64,000 nt of DNA, from IMG/VR virus record IMGVR_UViG_3300025011_000017; one strand, given 5' to 3'. Made by a program: the position numbers and the translations under genes. The stretch comes from a virus. Lineage: Duplodnaviria > Heunggongvirae > Uroviricota > Caudoviricetes. Below the pieces are notes generated by a model. It saw nothing but the letters and a program-made list of their open reading frames with translations. It had not been told where the DNA came from and searched no databases. Below, one piece after another: positions 27,200 through 36,132 of this stretch. Each line of letters opens with the position of its first letter. Position 1 is the stretch's first letter.

Positions 27200-28912
27200 A
27201 TGAAATGTGATCCGATGTTTTGGGCAGATTTTTACAAAATTAGTCACTATTTGATGGGAGAAAAGGGTACGGAAAAACTTTATTCCACGTTTACACCACG
27301 ACATTCTAGAATAGAGGGAATTAATGAAGTAGTATTTTTTGGACTCCAAGGCTTCATTAAAGATTATATCATAGAGCAGTTTAACGTAGGATTTTTTAAA
27401 GTAAAAAAATCAAAAGTAATAAAAAGATATAAACGTCTTATATCATGTACTTTAGGAGATGGTTGTGCTGACTCTTCCCATATTGAAGCATTACATGATC
27501 TTGGGTATCTTCCTATTAGAATTAAGGCTGTCAAAGAAGGAACTTTGATTCCTATGAGAGTACCTGTATTTACAATTGAAAGTACAGATGAAAATTTTTA
27601 TTGGTTGCCTCTGTTTATGGAAACATTTATAAGTGCAAATATATGGAAAGTAATCACTTCTACAACTATTGTTAAAAAATACAGGGATATTTGTGAAAAA
27701 TGGTCAGAAAAAACATGTGATGATAGGTCGCATATTCAATGGCAATGTCATAATTTTAGTTATCGTGGAATGTCGGGAAATGAAGACGCTACTACTACAG
27801 GAGCAGGACATCTATTATATTTCACGGGTACAGATACGATTCCTTCTATTCTATATTTAGAAGATTATTATGGAACCAATGTAGAAAAAGAGCTTGTAGG
27901 AGCGTCAGTTCTTGCTACTGAGCATAGTATCCAATGTGGATATCAAGATGATATGAGATATTTTAAGAGAATGATTACAGAGGTTGCTCCAAATGGCATA
28001 GTTTCTGTTGTCGCAGATGGATATGATTATTGGAATTTCATTGGTAATATTGTTCCTGCTTTAAAAGAAGATATTATGAATAGAGATGGGAAGGCTGTAA
28101 TTCGTCCTGATTCTGGTTCGCCAATTAAAATCATTTGTGGGACAGTAATTGTTGAAAGTTTAACTAATCAAAATTATTGTGAAACATTAGAAAAATGTAA
28201 GACATGGATGCTAGATGGAATTAAAGAAGAAGTAAGAGTTGAAACTCCTCATGGAGAATATGGCGATTCCGAAGTAACTAGATACTTTAAATTTGACAAT
28301 AAAATATATAAAATCGTTGTTGAATTTGATTGGAATAGATACGATAAACAATATTATTATATGGATGGTAGTCGTGTAATAAGTTGTGATGAAATAGAAT
28401 TAACTATTGAACAAAAAGGTTCGGTAGAAGCATTATGGGATACGTTTGGAGGTACTGTTAATAGTAAGGGATATAAAGTATTAGATAGTCATGTGGGATT
28501 AATATATGGCGATTCAATTACTCCTGAATATGCAGAAGAAATTCTTAAACAACTAGAAGAAAAAGGTTTTGCAAGTTCGAATATTGTTTTTGGAGTGGGG
28601 TCTTATTCATTAGGATACTACACAAGAGATACCTTTGCGTTTGCTATGAAGGCGACTTACACCGTAATTAATGGAGAAGAGAGATTCATATTTAAAGATC
28701 CTAAAACAGATAATGGAATTAAAAAATCTCAAAGAGGTATGGTTGTAGTTCTACAAGATCTTGATACTGGTGAAATTTATTTTAAAGATGGATTAAATGC
28801 TGAAGAAAGAGATAATTATAAAGAATATGATTTACTTGAAGATGTTTTCGTTGACGGAAAAATGGTAAGGGAACAAACTTTGGCAGAAATAAGAGCAATC
28901 GTCTTAAAGTAA
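27200..28912 (+). CDS. nicotinamide phosphoribosyltransferase family protein (Nampt/Namat-like)
   Basis: Collinear with human NAMPT motifs: FWADFYKISHY / LPIRIKAVKEGTLIP / HNFSYRGMSGNEDATTTGAGHLLYFTGTDT / IRPDSGSP. Confidence 0.85.
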   Translation: MKCDPMFWADFYKISHYLMGEKGTEKLYSTFTPRHSRIEGINEVVFFGLQGFIKDYIIEQFNVGFFKVKKSKVIKRYKRLISCTLGDGCADSSHIEALHDLGYLPIRIKAVKEGTLIPMRVPVFTIESTDENFYWLPLFMETFISANIWKVITSTTIVKKYRDICEKWSEKTCDDRSHIQWQCHNFSYRGMSGNEDATTTGAGHLLYFTGTDTIPSILYLEDYYGTNVEKELVGASVLATEHSIQCGYQDDMRYFKRMITEVAPNGIVSVVADGYDYWNFIGNIVPALKEDIMNRDGKAVIRPDSGSPIKIICGTVIVESLTNQNYCETLEKCKTWMLDGIKEEVRVETPHGEYGDSEVTRYFKFDNKIYKIVVEFDWNRYDKQYYYMDGSRVISCDEIELTIEQKGSVEALWDTFGGTVNSKGYKVLDSHVGLIYGDSITPEYAEEILKQLEEKGFASSNIVFGVGSYSLGYYTRDTFAFAMKATYTVINGEERFIFKDPKTDNGIKKSQRGMVVVLQDLDTGEIYFKDGLNAEERDNYKEYDLLEDVFVDGKMVREQTLAEIRAIVLK

Positions 28913-28928
28913 GACAAAAAGTATATAA

Positions 28929-28973
28929 TTGGACTCTAAAAGTTAAAAAATATCTCTTTTAGAGTCCAATTTA
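28929..28973 (+). terminator. rho-independent terminator after Nampt-like gene
   Basis: 14-bp stem TTGGACTCTAAAAG / CTTTTAGAGTCCAA followed by TTTAAT. Confidence 0.6.
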
Positions 28974-28996
28974 ATAATGAAAGGAGTATTCTATAG

Positions 28997-30418
28997 TTGA
29001 ATATAGGTATATTTTATACAGAAAATAATATTAATTATTATCTTTGTACCTGTGGAAATAATTGGTCTATAAGTCAAACAGATTTAGTTGAAGATACTGA
29101 TAGGTTTTGTAATAAATGTGGATGTCATCACTTTAAAAATGTTGCTCCTAATTTTAATGGAGGAAATATTACTTACGAGGCAATTGTTTTAATTGAAAAA
29201 CAAGATTGGGGATTTATCCTTGAAAGAGAAAAGTTTAATTTAAAATACAACAAAAAAATAAATACACTTGTATTTTTAGAGTCTGTTTATTGTTGGAAAT
29301 TAATATATTCTTTTAAAGATGATTTATTTGTTTATTCTAAATCAGATGGTATTCAATATAAAATAAATATTGAATTTTTAAAATTATTCTTTAAAGGATA
29401 TAATGATCAAGATATGCTTATTGATTTAATATCTACTCCTAATAATAAAAAGTTATTTGAGTATGCGATATCTAAATTTGGATATGTTGGAAGGTATTCT
29501 AATAAATTATCTTATGGATTATCGAGATTTGTTAAATATAAAAAGATAGAATTATTTTTTAAATGTGGATATAATATGTATACAATTTATAACTTGATGG
29601 ATAGATATAATTCAAAAGACATTGATTTTAGTAAAAATAAACCAACAGAAATATTAGGAGTTCCTAAATATGCAATACAATATATTAAACCACATAACTT
29701 TTCGCCATATACTTTAGGAGGAATTAGGGAGTTACACAAGAATTTTGGCGGAAATGATTGTAAAATAATATTATCATATTTACGAGAAGAAACTGATTCA
29801 ATGATAAGTTTTCTTGGAAGTTCTAATATAGCTGAATTTATAAATTTGATAAAAAATTGTAATTACAAACCAAAACAATTAATTAGATATTTAACAAGGG
29901 GTATAAAACTCGAACAAGGTATACTTGATCCTATAGATGGCTTAACATTACTTAAAGATTATGTGTCAATGAGTAATAGAATGGGAGTAGAATATAATAA
30001 ATATAGCAAAAGTTTAAAGAAAGATCATGATATTTGCTCTATGAATTATAAAGTAACTGAAGATTCAAGAAAAAAAGAGTATTTTAGGAATGTAATATCT
30101 AGCAATAAATATAAAGAATTAATTTATAATAACAAAGAATACAGTATTATTATTCCACAAGAACCTATAGATATGATTTCCGAAGGAAAGCTACTCTCGC
30201 ATTGTGTGGCAAGTTATGTTGATGATGTGATAAACGGTAAATGCAAGATATTATTTATGAGAAAAACAGATTCCTTAGAAAGCTCCTTGTTAACCATTGA
30301 AATTCGCGAAAATAATATTATCCAAATTAAAGGATTTAGTAATAGAAGTCGTACAGAAGAAGAAGATTTATTTATAAAAAAATGGTCAAAAGAAAAAGAA
30401 TTAGGTATTTCTGCATAA
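28997..30418 (+). CDS. hypothetical protein (473 aa) with C-terminal HCVASY motif
   Basis: TTG after AAAGGAG; Cys/His-rich N-terminus. Confidence 0.5.
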   Translation: MNIGIFYTENNINYYLCTCGNNWSISQTDLVEDTDRFCNKCGCHHFKNVAPNFNGGNITYEAIVLIEKQDWGFILEREKFNLKYNKKINTLVFLESVYCWKLIYSFKDDLFVYSKSDGIQYKINIEFLKLFFKGYNDQDMLIDLISTPNNKKLFEYAISKFGYVGRYSNKLSYGLSRFVKYKKIELFFKCGYNMYTIYNLMDRYNSKDIDFSKNKPTEILGVPKYAIQYIKPHNFSPYTLGGIRELHKNFGGNDCKIILSYLREETDSMISFLGSSNIAEFINLIKNCNYKPKQLIRYLTRGIKLEQGILDPIDGLTLLKDYVSMSNRMGVEYNKYSKSLKKDHDICSMNYKVTEDSRKKEYFRNVISSNKYKELIYNNKEYSIIIPQEPIDMISEGKLLSHCVASYVDDVINGKCKILFMRKTDSLESSLLTIEIRENNIIQIKGFSNRSRTEEEDLFIKKWSKEKELGISA

Positions 30419-30447
30419 TATTAATATAAAATAATGGAGGAATTAAA

Positions 30448-31539
30448 ATGAAATTACAATTAGTAGAATATATCAAAAATAATTCAGACTGGGAAACTAA
30501 ACTAACCCAAAAACCATATTGTCTAACAATTAAACGTAAAGATAACTTGATAATGTTTTGCTATAATCAAATAGAGTCTAATTTTAATCTGCTATTAGTC
30601 AAGCAAAGCAGAGGAATTGTCCTTGAAGATACAACATTTAAACCTGTCTGCGTACCATTCTTTAAATTTTTTAATTTTGGTGAAACGAACGCAAGTGAAA
30701 TTGATTGGAATACTGCTAAAATTAATGAAAAACTCGATGGATCGTTGATCAAGCTATGGTTTTATGAAGACGAATGGAGAGTGTCTACCAACGGCACAAT
30801 TGATGCCAAAGACGCAAATTTATCAAGTGAAGTTAGTGAATATCAGAATTATTATGATCTGTTTTTAGTAGCACTTAGAGGCACAAGTATACAGTTACAT
30901 GAATTAGATCGACAATATACTTTTATGTTTGAATTAATGTCACCTTATAATCGCGTAGTAGTTCCGCATAAAAATATCCAAATACTTCATATTGGAACTC
31001 GATGCAATACAACTCTCGAAGAAGTAAATATTGATATTGGAGTACAGAAACCTAAATCATATAGCTTCAAATCAATAGAAGAGTGTATGGAGGTTGCTAA
31101 AGAATTACCGTTTACGCAAGAAGGATACGTTGTTGTAGACGATGACTGGCGTAGAATTAAAATAAAAAGCCCTGCATACGTGGCAGTTCATCATCTCGCT
31201 AATAACAATATTATCACTAAGAAAAGAATCGTAGATTTAATAAAGTTAAATGAAGACTCTGAGTTTCTTGCTTATTTTCCTGAATATAAAGATGCAGTAG
31301 AAGATATTCGTAAGAAGATTAGTGCTTTTGTATCAGATATGGATTGGTGCATCGAGTGTCAACAAGAAATTAAGAATAAGAAAACTATTAATCGAAAAAA
31401 ATTTGCGGAATTTGCTTTAAGTACAAAATGTAGTCCTGTTTTATTTAGTTGGTTAGATGGGAAAATATCCAATACTCAAGAATGGCTTTATGCACAGACA
31501 AGTGAGAAAATAGTTGAATGGATTGAAGGAGTGAAATAA
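30448..31539 (+). CDS. RNA ligase, Rnl1-like
   Basis: Motif I EKLDGSL, motif IV QEGYVVV, motif V IKIKS. Confidence 0.6.
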   Translation: MKLQLVEYIKNNSDWETKLTQKPYCLTIKRKDNLIMFCYNQIESNFNLLLVKQSRGIVLEDTTFKPVCVPFFKFFNFGETNASEIDWNTAKINEKLDGSLIKLWFYEDEWRVSTNGTIDAKDANLSSEVSEYQNYYDLFLVALRGTSIQLHELDRQYTFMFELMSPYNRVVVPHKNIQILHIGTRCNTTLEEVNIDIGVQKPKSYSFKSIEECMEVAKELPFTQEGYVVVDDDWRRIKIKSPAYVAVHHLANNNIITKKRIVDLIKLNEDSEFLAYFPEYKDAVEDIRKKISAFVSDMDWCIECQQEIKNKKTINRKKFAEFALSTKCSPVLFSWLDGKISNTQEWLYAQTSEKIVEWIEGVK

Positions 31540-31540
31540 A

Positions 31541-32428
31541 ATGGTTAAATTCTATATGATGATTGGATTACCTGCAAGCACAAAGACAACTTATGCGTAC
31601 AAAATTGCTGAAAGAGACAAAGCGTTAGTATATTCATCTGATGACCTGAGAGTTGAACTATACGGAAATATTAACAATCAGTCACATAATGAAGCACTAT
31701 TTATAGAATTATATAAACGTATTCGTGATTCGCTAAAAGCAGGTAAGAATGTGATTCTCGATGCAACAAATATTTCGTACAAGAAAAGAATTTCATTTTT
31801 AGATACCTTAAAGAATATTGAATGTGATAAAATAGCTATATTTATGGCAACACCATACGAGGATTGTTTGAGATTAAATAAATTAAGGGAGAGAGTGGTT
31901 CCTGAATTTATAATAAAACGTATGTATGAAAATTTTAATGTACCTCAACGATTTGAAGGATTTGATTCGATAGAAATTGTATGGAACACTTTTGGTCGTA
32001 CATTTGACGGTTTTGATTTATTCGATGAATTAGATGAAATGGATCAAATTACTCCTTACCACACTCATACAATTGGCATACATTGCAAAGAGTGTTACAG
32101 GATATGTTCAAAGTTATCAGATAATTATGAACTAAGAATTGCTTCCTTGTTTCATGATATATCTAAACCATTCGTTCAACAATGGAATGATGAGAAGAAA
32201 CGTTGCACCTACTATCAGCATCATCTCGTTTCAGCTTACGATGCTATGTTTTACCTTCGCGAAATTAATCAAGATTCTCTCTTAAAGATAGTAAATTATA
32301 TTCAATTCCATATGTTACCATATAATTTAATATCTGATAAATCTAAAGAAAAATTTATCAAACTAGTCGGCAAAGAATTCTTCGACAACTTATTGTTACT
32401 TAATTATGCTGATACAAATGCTCATTAA
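31541..32428 (+). CDS. P-loop kinase - HD phosphohydrolase fusion (polynucleotide kinase/phosphatase-like end-healing enzyme)
   Basis: N-terminal MIGLPASTKTT (deviant Walker A), ILDATN; C-terminal HD motifs H..H, LFHDISKP. Confidence 0.5.
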   Translation: MVKFYMMIGLPASTKTTYAYKIAERDKALVYSSDDLRVELYGNINNQSHNEALFIELYKRIRDSLKAGKNVILDATNISYKKRISFLDTLKNIECDKIAIFMATPYEDCLRLNKLRERVVPEFIIKRMYENFNVPQRFEGFDSIEIVWNTFGRTFDGFDLFDELDEMDQITPYHTHTIGIHCKECYRICSKLSDNYELRIASLFHDISKPFVQQWNDEKKRCTYYQHHLVSAYDAMFYLREINQDSLLKIVNYIQFHMLPYNLISDKSKEKFIKLVGKEFFDNLLLLNYADTNAH

Positions 32429-32441
32429 TACTTGACAGGTA

Positions 32442-32470
32442 TAAAATAATGTGATACAATGTCTTAAAGG
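32442..32470 (+). promoter_or_regulatory. promoter family copy
   Basis: TTGACA 32442-32447; TGaTACAAT 32462-32470. Confidence 0.5.
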
Positions 32471-32477
32471 AGGTAAT

Positions 32478-32597
32478 ATGAAGGAATTTCTAATTAATTT
32501 AACAAATGCAATTGTTACGATAATATTATTTATTTTATGTACTCCTATGGGATGGATGGGGTTAATAATTTTAGGATCTATGTTTGGAGGAAAGTAA
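32478..32597 (+). CDS. 39-aa hydrophobic membrane peptide
   Basis: AAAGGAGGTAATATG; downstream of promoter 32442-32470. Confidence 0.35.
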   Translation: MKEFLINLTNAIVTIILFILCTPMGWMGLIILGSMFGGK

Positions 32598-32696
32598 AGT
32601 GCTGTGAATTATGTCAGAATTATTATGATAAGCATAATTGGGTATTGCGTAATGTTATTTTATATAATTTATAAAGATAGTAAAGGAGAATGAAAG

Positions 32697-33119
32697 ATGG
32701 AATTAGCGTTAAGAATTGGAGATTCAATTAATATTAAAACTAGCAGAATGGAGATATGTATAAAAGTAGATGTTTTAGGAGGAATGTATCTTGATTACAA
32801 AAAAAATAGTTATAAATTAAGTACATTACTTGAAAAGAAAGAGGGCGAACAAAAGGAATATAAAATTGGTGATGAAGTAGTTATACACAATCAAAATTAT
32901 GCCTATACTACTTATTTTGATTGGGCAAGAAAACATATTCCATATGGATATGATTGGACTAGTAAACTCCCAGATGAAAATGTAACTTATAAAATTGTAT
33001 GCAAAGAAAAACATGGAATTCAAAGTGATATAATGTGTTACGGAGTTGTAAAAGTTAATGGATGGAATACAAAAACATGTTATATTGTAAGCGAAAAAGC
33101 ATTTAAGAAAGAGGTATAA
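32697..33119 (+). CDS. hypothetical protein
   Basis: RBS AAAGGAGAATG; 140 aa. Confidence 0.45.
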   Translation: MELALRIGDSINIKTSRMEICIKVDVLGGMYLDYKKNSYKLSTLLEKKEGEQKEYKIGDEVVIHNQNYAYTTYFDWARKHIPYGYDWTSKLPDENVTYKIVCKEKHGIQSDIMCYGVVKVNGWNTKTCYIVSEKAFKKEV

Positions 33120-33122
33120 TTT

Positions 33123-33470
33123 ATGTTTATTCAAAATTTAATAAATTATGATTTAACTGGGGTCAAAGAAATCAGGTGTAGCGAAGAGTTTTATGCAGGT
33201 TTATATCCTCAAGTAGAATCAAGTGTTATTGGTCATAATCTATATTTTAAGAGTATACCAGTAATTGTTGATAAATCAATTCGTATTACAAGGGAATGTA
33301 ATATAATTTATATTTCTGAGAACAAGAGCTTAGCTAATTCACTTACAAATGAGCTTAATGAACTTATCCCAGTATTAGAAAATGCAAGACTTTCTTCCGA
33401 TTTTAATTTATATAATAATATTTTAAAATCTTATAGAGAAATTATGTGCTTAATGAAAAATTTAGGGTAA
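33123..33470 (+). CDS. hypothetical protein
   Basis: Coupled start; followed by hairpin terminator. Confidence 0.45.
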   Translation: MFIQNLINYDLTGVKEIRCSEEFYAGLYPQVESSVIGHNLYFKSIPVIVDKSIRITRECNIIYISENKSLANSLTNELNELIPVLENARLSSDFNLYNNILKSYREIMCLMKNLG

Positions 33471-33481
33471 GATAAATTAAT

Positions 33482-33522
33482 AGGAGAAAACTAAGTCTCT
33501 CATACTCTTGTTTTCTCCTATT
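33482..33522 (+). terminator. putative terminator
   Basis: 10-bp stem AGGAGAAAAC / GTTTTCTCCT, 18-nt loop, T-rich tail. Confidence 0.45.
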
Positions 33523-33789
33523 ATCTCCTATTTGCTACCAAAGTTGTTTCTAAAAGTAGTAATAGAATCTTGCTTCTATATTTATTTTGAAAGAAGGTAA
33601 TTATCATTAATAAAAATAGTTTTATTGACTTTTTTATTGCATTAGTTTTAATAATTCAATTAAATGGATTTATTGAAACGTGGAAAATGGATAATATTAA
33701 TATATTAATCATATTAATCTCAGGGATTATAATGTCTATTATTTTGGGGTTCAAAGATTTAGATATTAAATAATTTAGGGAGGTAAAAT

Positions 33790-33981
33790 ATGTTCAAAAT
33801 TATTGATCGTAGAAATAATACTTATACTGTTTATAGTACAAGATCAAGAATAGTAGAAAAAAATGACTATAGTTTTATTTGTGTTAAGATTAAAGTTGAA
33901 GTAACTGAATTTTTAATTAGAAGGTCTATGTTATGGGTTTGGGTAGATTCTGAAGATTATACTCCATTATTCGATTGCTAA
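33790..33981 (+). CDS. hypothetical protein
   Basis: RBS TAGGGAGG; 63 aa. Confidence 0.4.
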   Translation: MFKIIDRRNNTYTVYSTRSRIVEKNDYSFICVKIKVEVTEFLIRRSMLWVWVDSEDYTPLFDC

Positions 33982-34006
33982 AATAAAATAAAAGGTGGAA
34001 ATAAAA

Positions 34007-35098
34007 ATGATAGTTAATGAAAAAAATAACATGGTGACTATGATCGACAGGAAAAATAGATTTGTCGAGAAGTTTAATCGTGAGACAGGTTTCTATATTA
34101 GATCTGGAGTAATGGACAAAGATGGCAATGACACTGGTGTAGATCCATTTATGAGACAGTTTCCCTCGCTACTGGATATTGGAATTATGGGACATTGCAA
34201 GAATGCTTTAAGATGTACAGTTGGTTGCTATCAAGGAAAAATGAATAAACCTAATATGTCTCTTGAAAACTTTAAGAAAATAGTTGATCAATCTAAGGGA
34301 AAAGTATTTGAAATGGCATTAGGAGGAAGTGGTAGTCCAAATGAACACGAAGACTTTATCGAAATTCTCAAATATGCTAGAGGAAACGGTATTGTGCCTA
34401 ATTACACTACCTCTGGAATTGATTTAACTGACGAGCAAATTAAAGCTACAAAAGATTTCTGCGGTGCAGTTGCCGTGAGCCATTATGATCAACCTTACAC
34501 TTATGACGCAATCAATAGATTTATTGAAGCAGGATGTAAAACTAATATACATTTTGTCTTAGGAAATGATTCCATTGATGATGCAATTAGAAGGCTTAAA
34601 GAAAATGATTTTACCAAAGGCATTAATGCTGTAATATTTCTTATGTATAAACCAGTTGGTTGTGTAAAAGAAGGAAATGTTTTAAAATTTGATGATCCAA
34701 GAGTTGCAGAATTTTATAATTTAATTGACACTGGAGAGTTTGATTTTAAAGTTGGTTTAGATGCCTGTCATTTACCTGCTTTAATGAATTTCTCAAAAAA
34801 TATAAGTGTTAATTCAGTAACTCCTTGTGACGGGGCGAGTTTTTCTGGATACGTGACTCCTGATTTTAAAATGTTACCTTGTTCATTTGATACAGTTACA
34901 TTAAAATATGCTGTAGATTTAAATGAATATACAATCCAAGAAGCATGGGATAGTGATAAATTTGAGTTATTCAGAAACTATCATAAAAATAGTTGTTCAG
35001 GATGTGCAAATCAAAACGATTGTAGAGGTGGATGTGTCTTGACACAAGAAATAAATAGATTATGTAATAGAAAGGAGAAAGACATTTATGAAATTTAA
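34007..35098 (+). CDS. radical SAM / SPASM-domain enzyme (non-canonical CX5CX3C cluster motif)
   Basis: GIMGHCKNALRCTVGCYQG, glycine-rich FEMALGGSGSPNEHED (GGEP-like), NYTTSG; C-terminal CSGCANQNDCRGGCV SPASM/twitch signature plus extra Cys (CDGASFSG...LPCSFD); start ATG 34007 (track GTG 33995). Confidence 0.6.
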   Translation: MIVNEKNNMVTMIDRKNRFVEKFNRETGFYIRSGVMDKDGNDTGVDPFMRQFPSLLDIGIMGHCKNALRCTVGCYQGKMNKPNMSLENFKKIVDQSKGKVFEMALGGSGSPNEHEDFIEILKYARGNGIVPNYTTSGIDLTDEQIKATKDFCGAVAVSHYDQPYTYDAINRFIEAGCKTNIHFVLGNDSIDDAIRRLKENDFTKGINAVIFLMYKPVGCVKEGNVLKFDDPRVAEFYNLIDTGEFDFKVGLDACHLPALMNFSKNISVNSVTPCDGASFSGYVTPDFKMLPCSFDTVTLKYAVDLNEYTIQEAWDSDKFELFRNYHKNSCSGCANQNDCRGGCVLTQEINRLCNRKEKDIYEI

Positions 35099-35432
35099 GA
35101 GTGATTATACTACTAATTCTAGTAGCACATGTTTTACTATTACTAATAAATCTAACAAAGACAAAACTTTGGTTGATTTTGTGACAGAAAATCCACAATT
35201 GGTTAAAGAATTTGTTGATGAATATCGTGGTGGAGATGATAAATATTTTACCCAAGGAAGAATGTTAATTGATGCAGAAAAAAGAAGTGAAATATTTCCT
35301 GCTAATTCATCTATAAATAGTGGCTATGGAGATGAAGATGGAGATGTATTAGGACATGTATTTGACTATATTCTTAGAGATGGTGGTAAGTCCGAAAGTT
35401 TTGAATGGGAATTCAAGGAATATTGGAGGTAA
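35088..35432 (+). CDS. paralog 1 of TNSSSS-motif small protein family (114 aa)
   Basis: MKFKSDYTTNSSSTCFTI...; start overlaps rSAM gene end by 11 nt. Confidence 0.5.
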   Translation: MKFKSDYTTNSSSTCFTITNKSNKDKTLVDFVTENPQLVKEFVDEYRGGDDKYFTQGRMLIDAEKRSEIFPANSSINSGYGDEDGDVLGHVFDYILRDGGKSESFEWEFKEYWR

Positions 35433-35434
35433 AA

Positions 35435-35719
35435 ATGAAGATTAAAACTGATTATACTACTAACTCGTCTAGCTCATCATTTATTTGTACTAAATGTAAA
35501 AATTTAATTCATGATTTTGATAACGATGCAGATTATGAAAGGGAAATGTGCGATTCTTGTTATCAAGATTTAAGTCCAGAAGATAGAAAAAGGTTGGATA
35601 ATGGCGAAGATATTAATTATAATAAAGTGGAAAGTTATTTGGAGTTTTTATGTCAAAAAATGATTTATGATAAGAAAGAAATAATGAATAATTATAAAGA
35701 GTGGAGGAAGTCACATTGA
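35435..35719 (+). CDS. paralog 2 of TNSSSS-motif family (94 aa; CxxC...CxxC)
   Basis: GGAGGTAAAAATG; MKIKTDYTTNSSSSSFICTKCKN...CDSCYQ. Confidence 0.5.
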   Translation: MKIKTDYTTNSSSSSFICTKCKNLIHDFDNDADYEREMCDSCYQDLSPEDRKRLDNGEDINYNKVESYLEFLCQKMIYDKKEIMNNYKEWRKSH

Positions 35720-36132
35720 AAACACGGTTAGATTTTGTAACAAATAGCTCAAGCAGTTCTTTTATTGCAGTTTTTGCAAGAATTTCAGATAAATCAAAAG
35801 CACAACCAATTATCGAAAAATATGACTATGAGGTTTATACAGGCGAAGAACTTTTAATAGCAATGGGGAATAGAATATGGAGTAAATTATTTGAATGGGA
35901 TTGGGCAGGAGTAGACCTTACTCCTTCAGAAGAATATGTGCAAAAGAATATCACTTCTGAATTCATCTTTTTTAGTGACAATGAAGATATTGATGAATCG
36001 GATGGAGAACCTAATTATGATATTGATACAGATGATTTTTCAGAAGAAACAATGAAAGCAATTGATGCAGTAAATAAAGAAAATGGATTTACTGATATCA
36101 AATCAGGATTTGGTGCAGGGAGGGATGGTTAA
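35716..36132 (+). CDS. paralog 3 of TNSSSS-motif family (138 aa; acidic C-terminal tail)
   Basis: TTG after GGAGGAAG; LKTRLDFVTNSSSSSFIAVF...; overlaps paralog 2 stop. Confidence 0.5.
   Translation: MKTRLDFVTNSSSSSFIAVFARISDKSKAQPIIEKYDYEVYTGEELLIAMGNRIWSKLFEWDWAGVDLTPSEEYVQKNITSEFIFFSDNEDIDESDGEPNYDIDTDDFSEETMKAIDAVNKENGFTDIKSGFGAGRDG

Noticed and set aside
34007-35098. Assigning the radical-SAM-like ORF as anaerobic RNR activase NrdG, a common phage rSAM
   Set aside because: NrdG is about 150-200 aa with CX3CX2C and no SPASM domain. This ORF is 363 aa with a C-terminal CxxCx5CxxxC SPASM-like signature, and the window's RNR is class II (NrdJ), which needs no activase.
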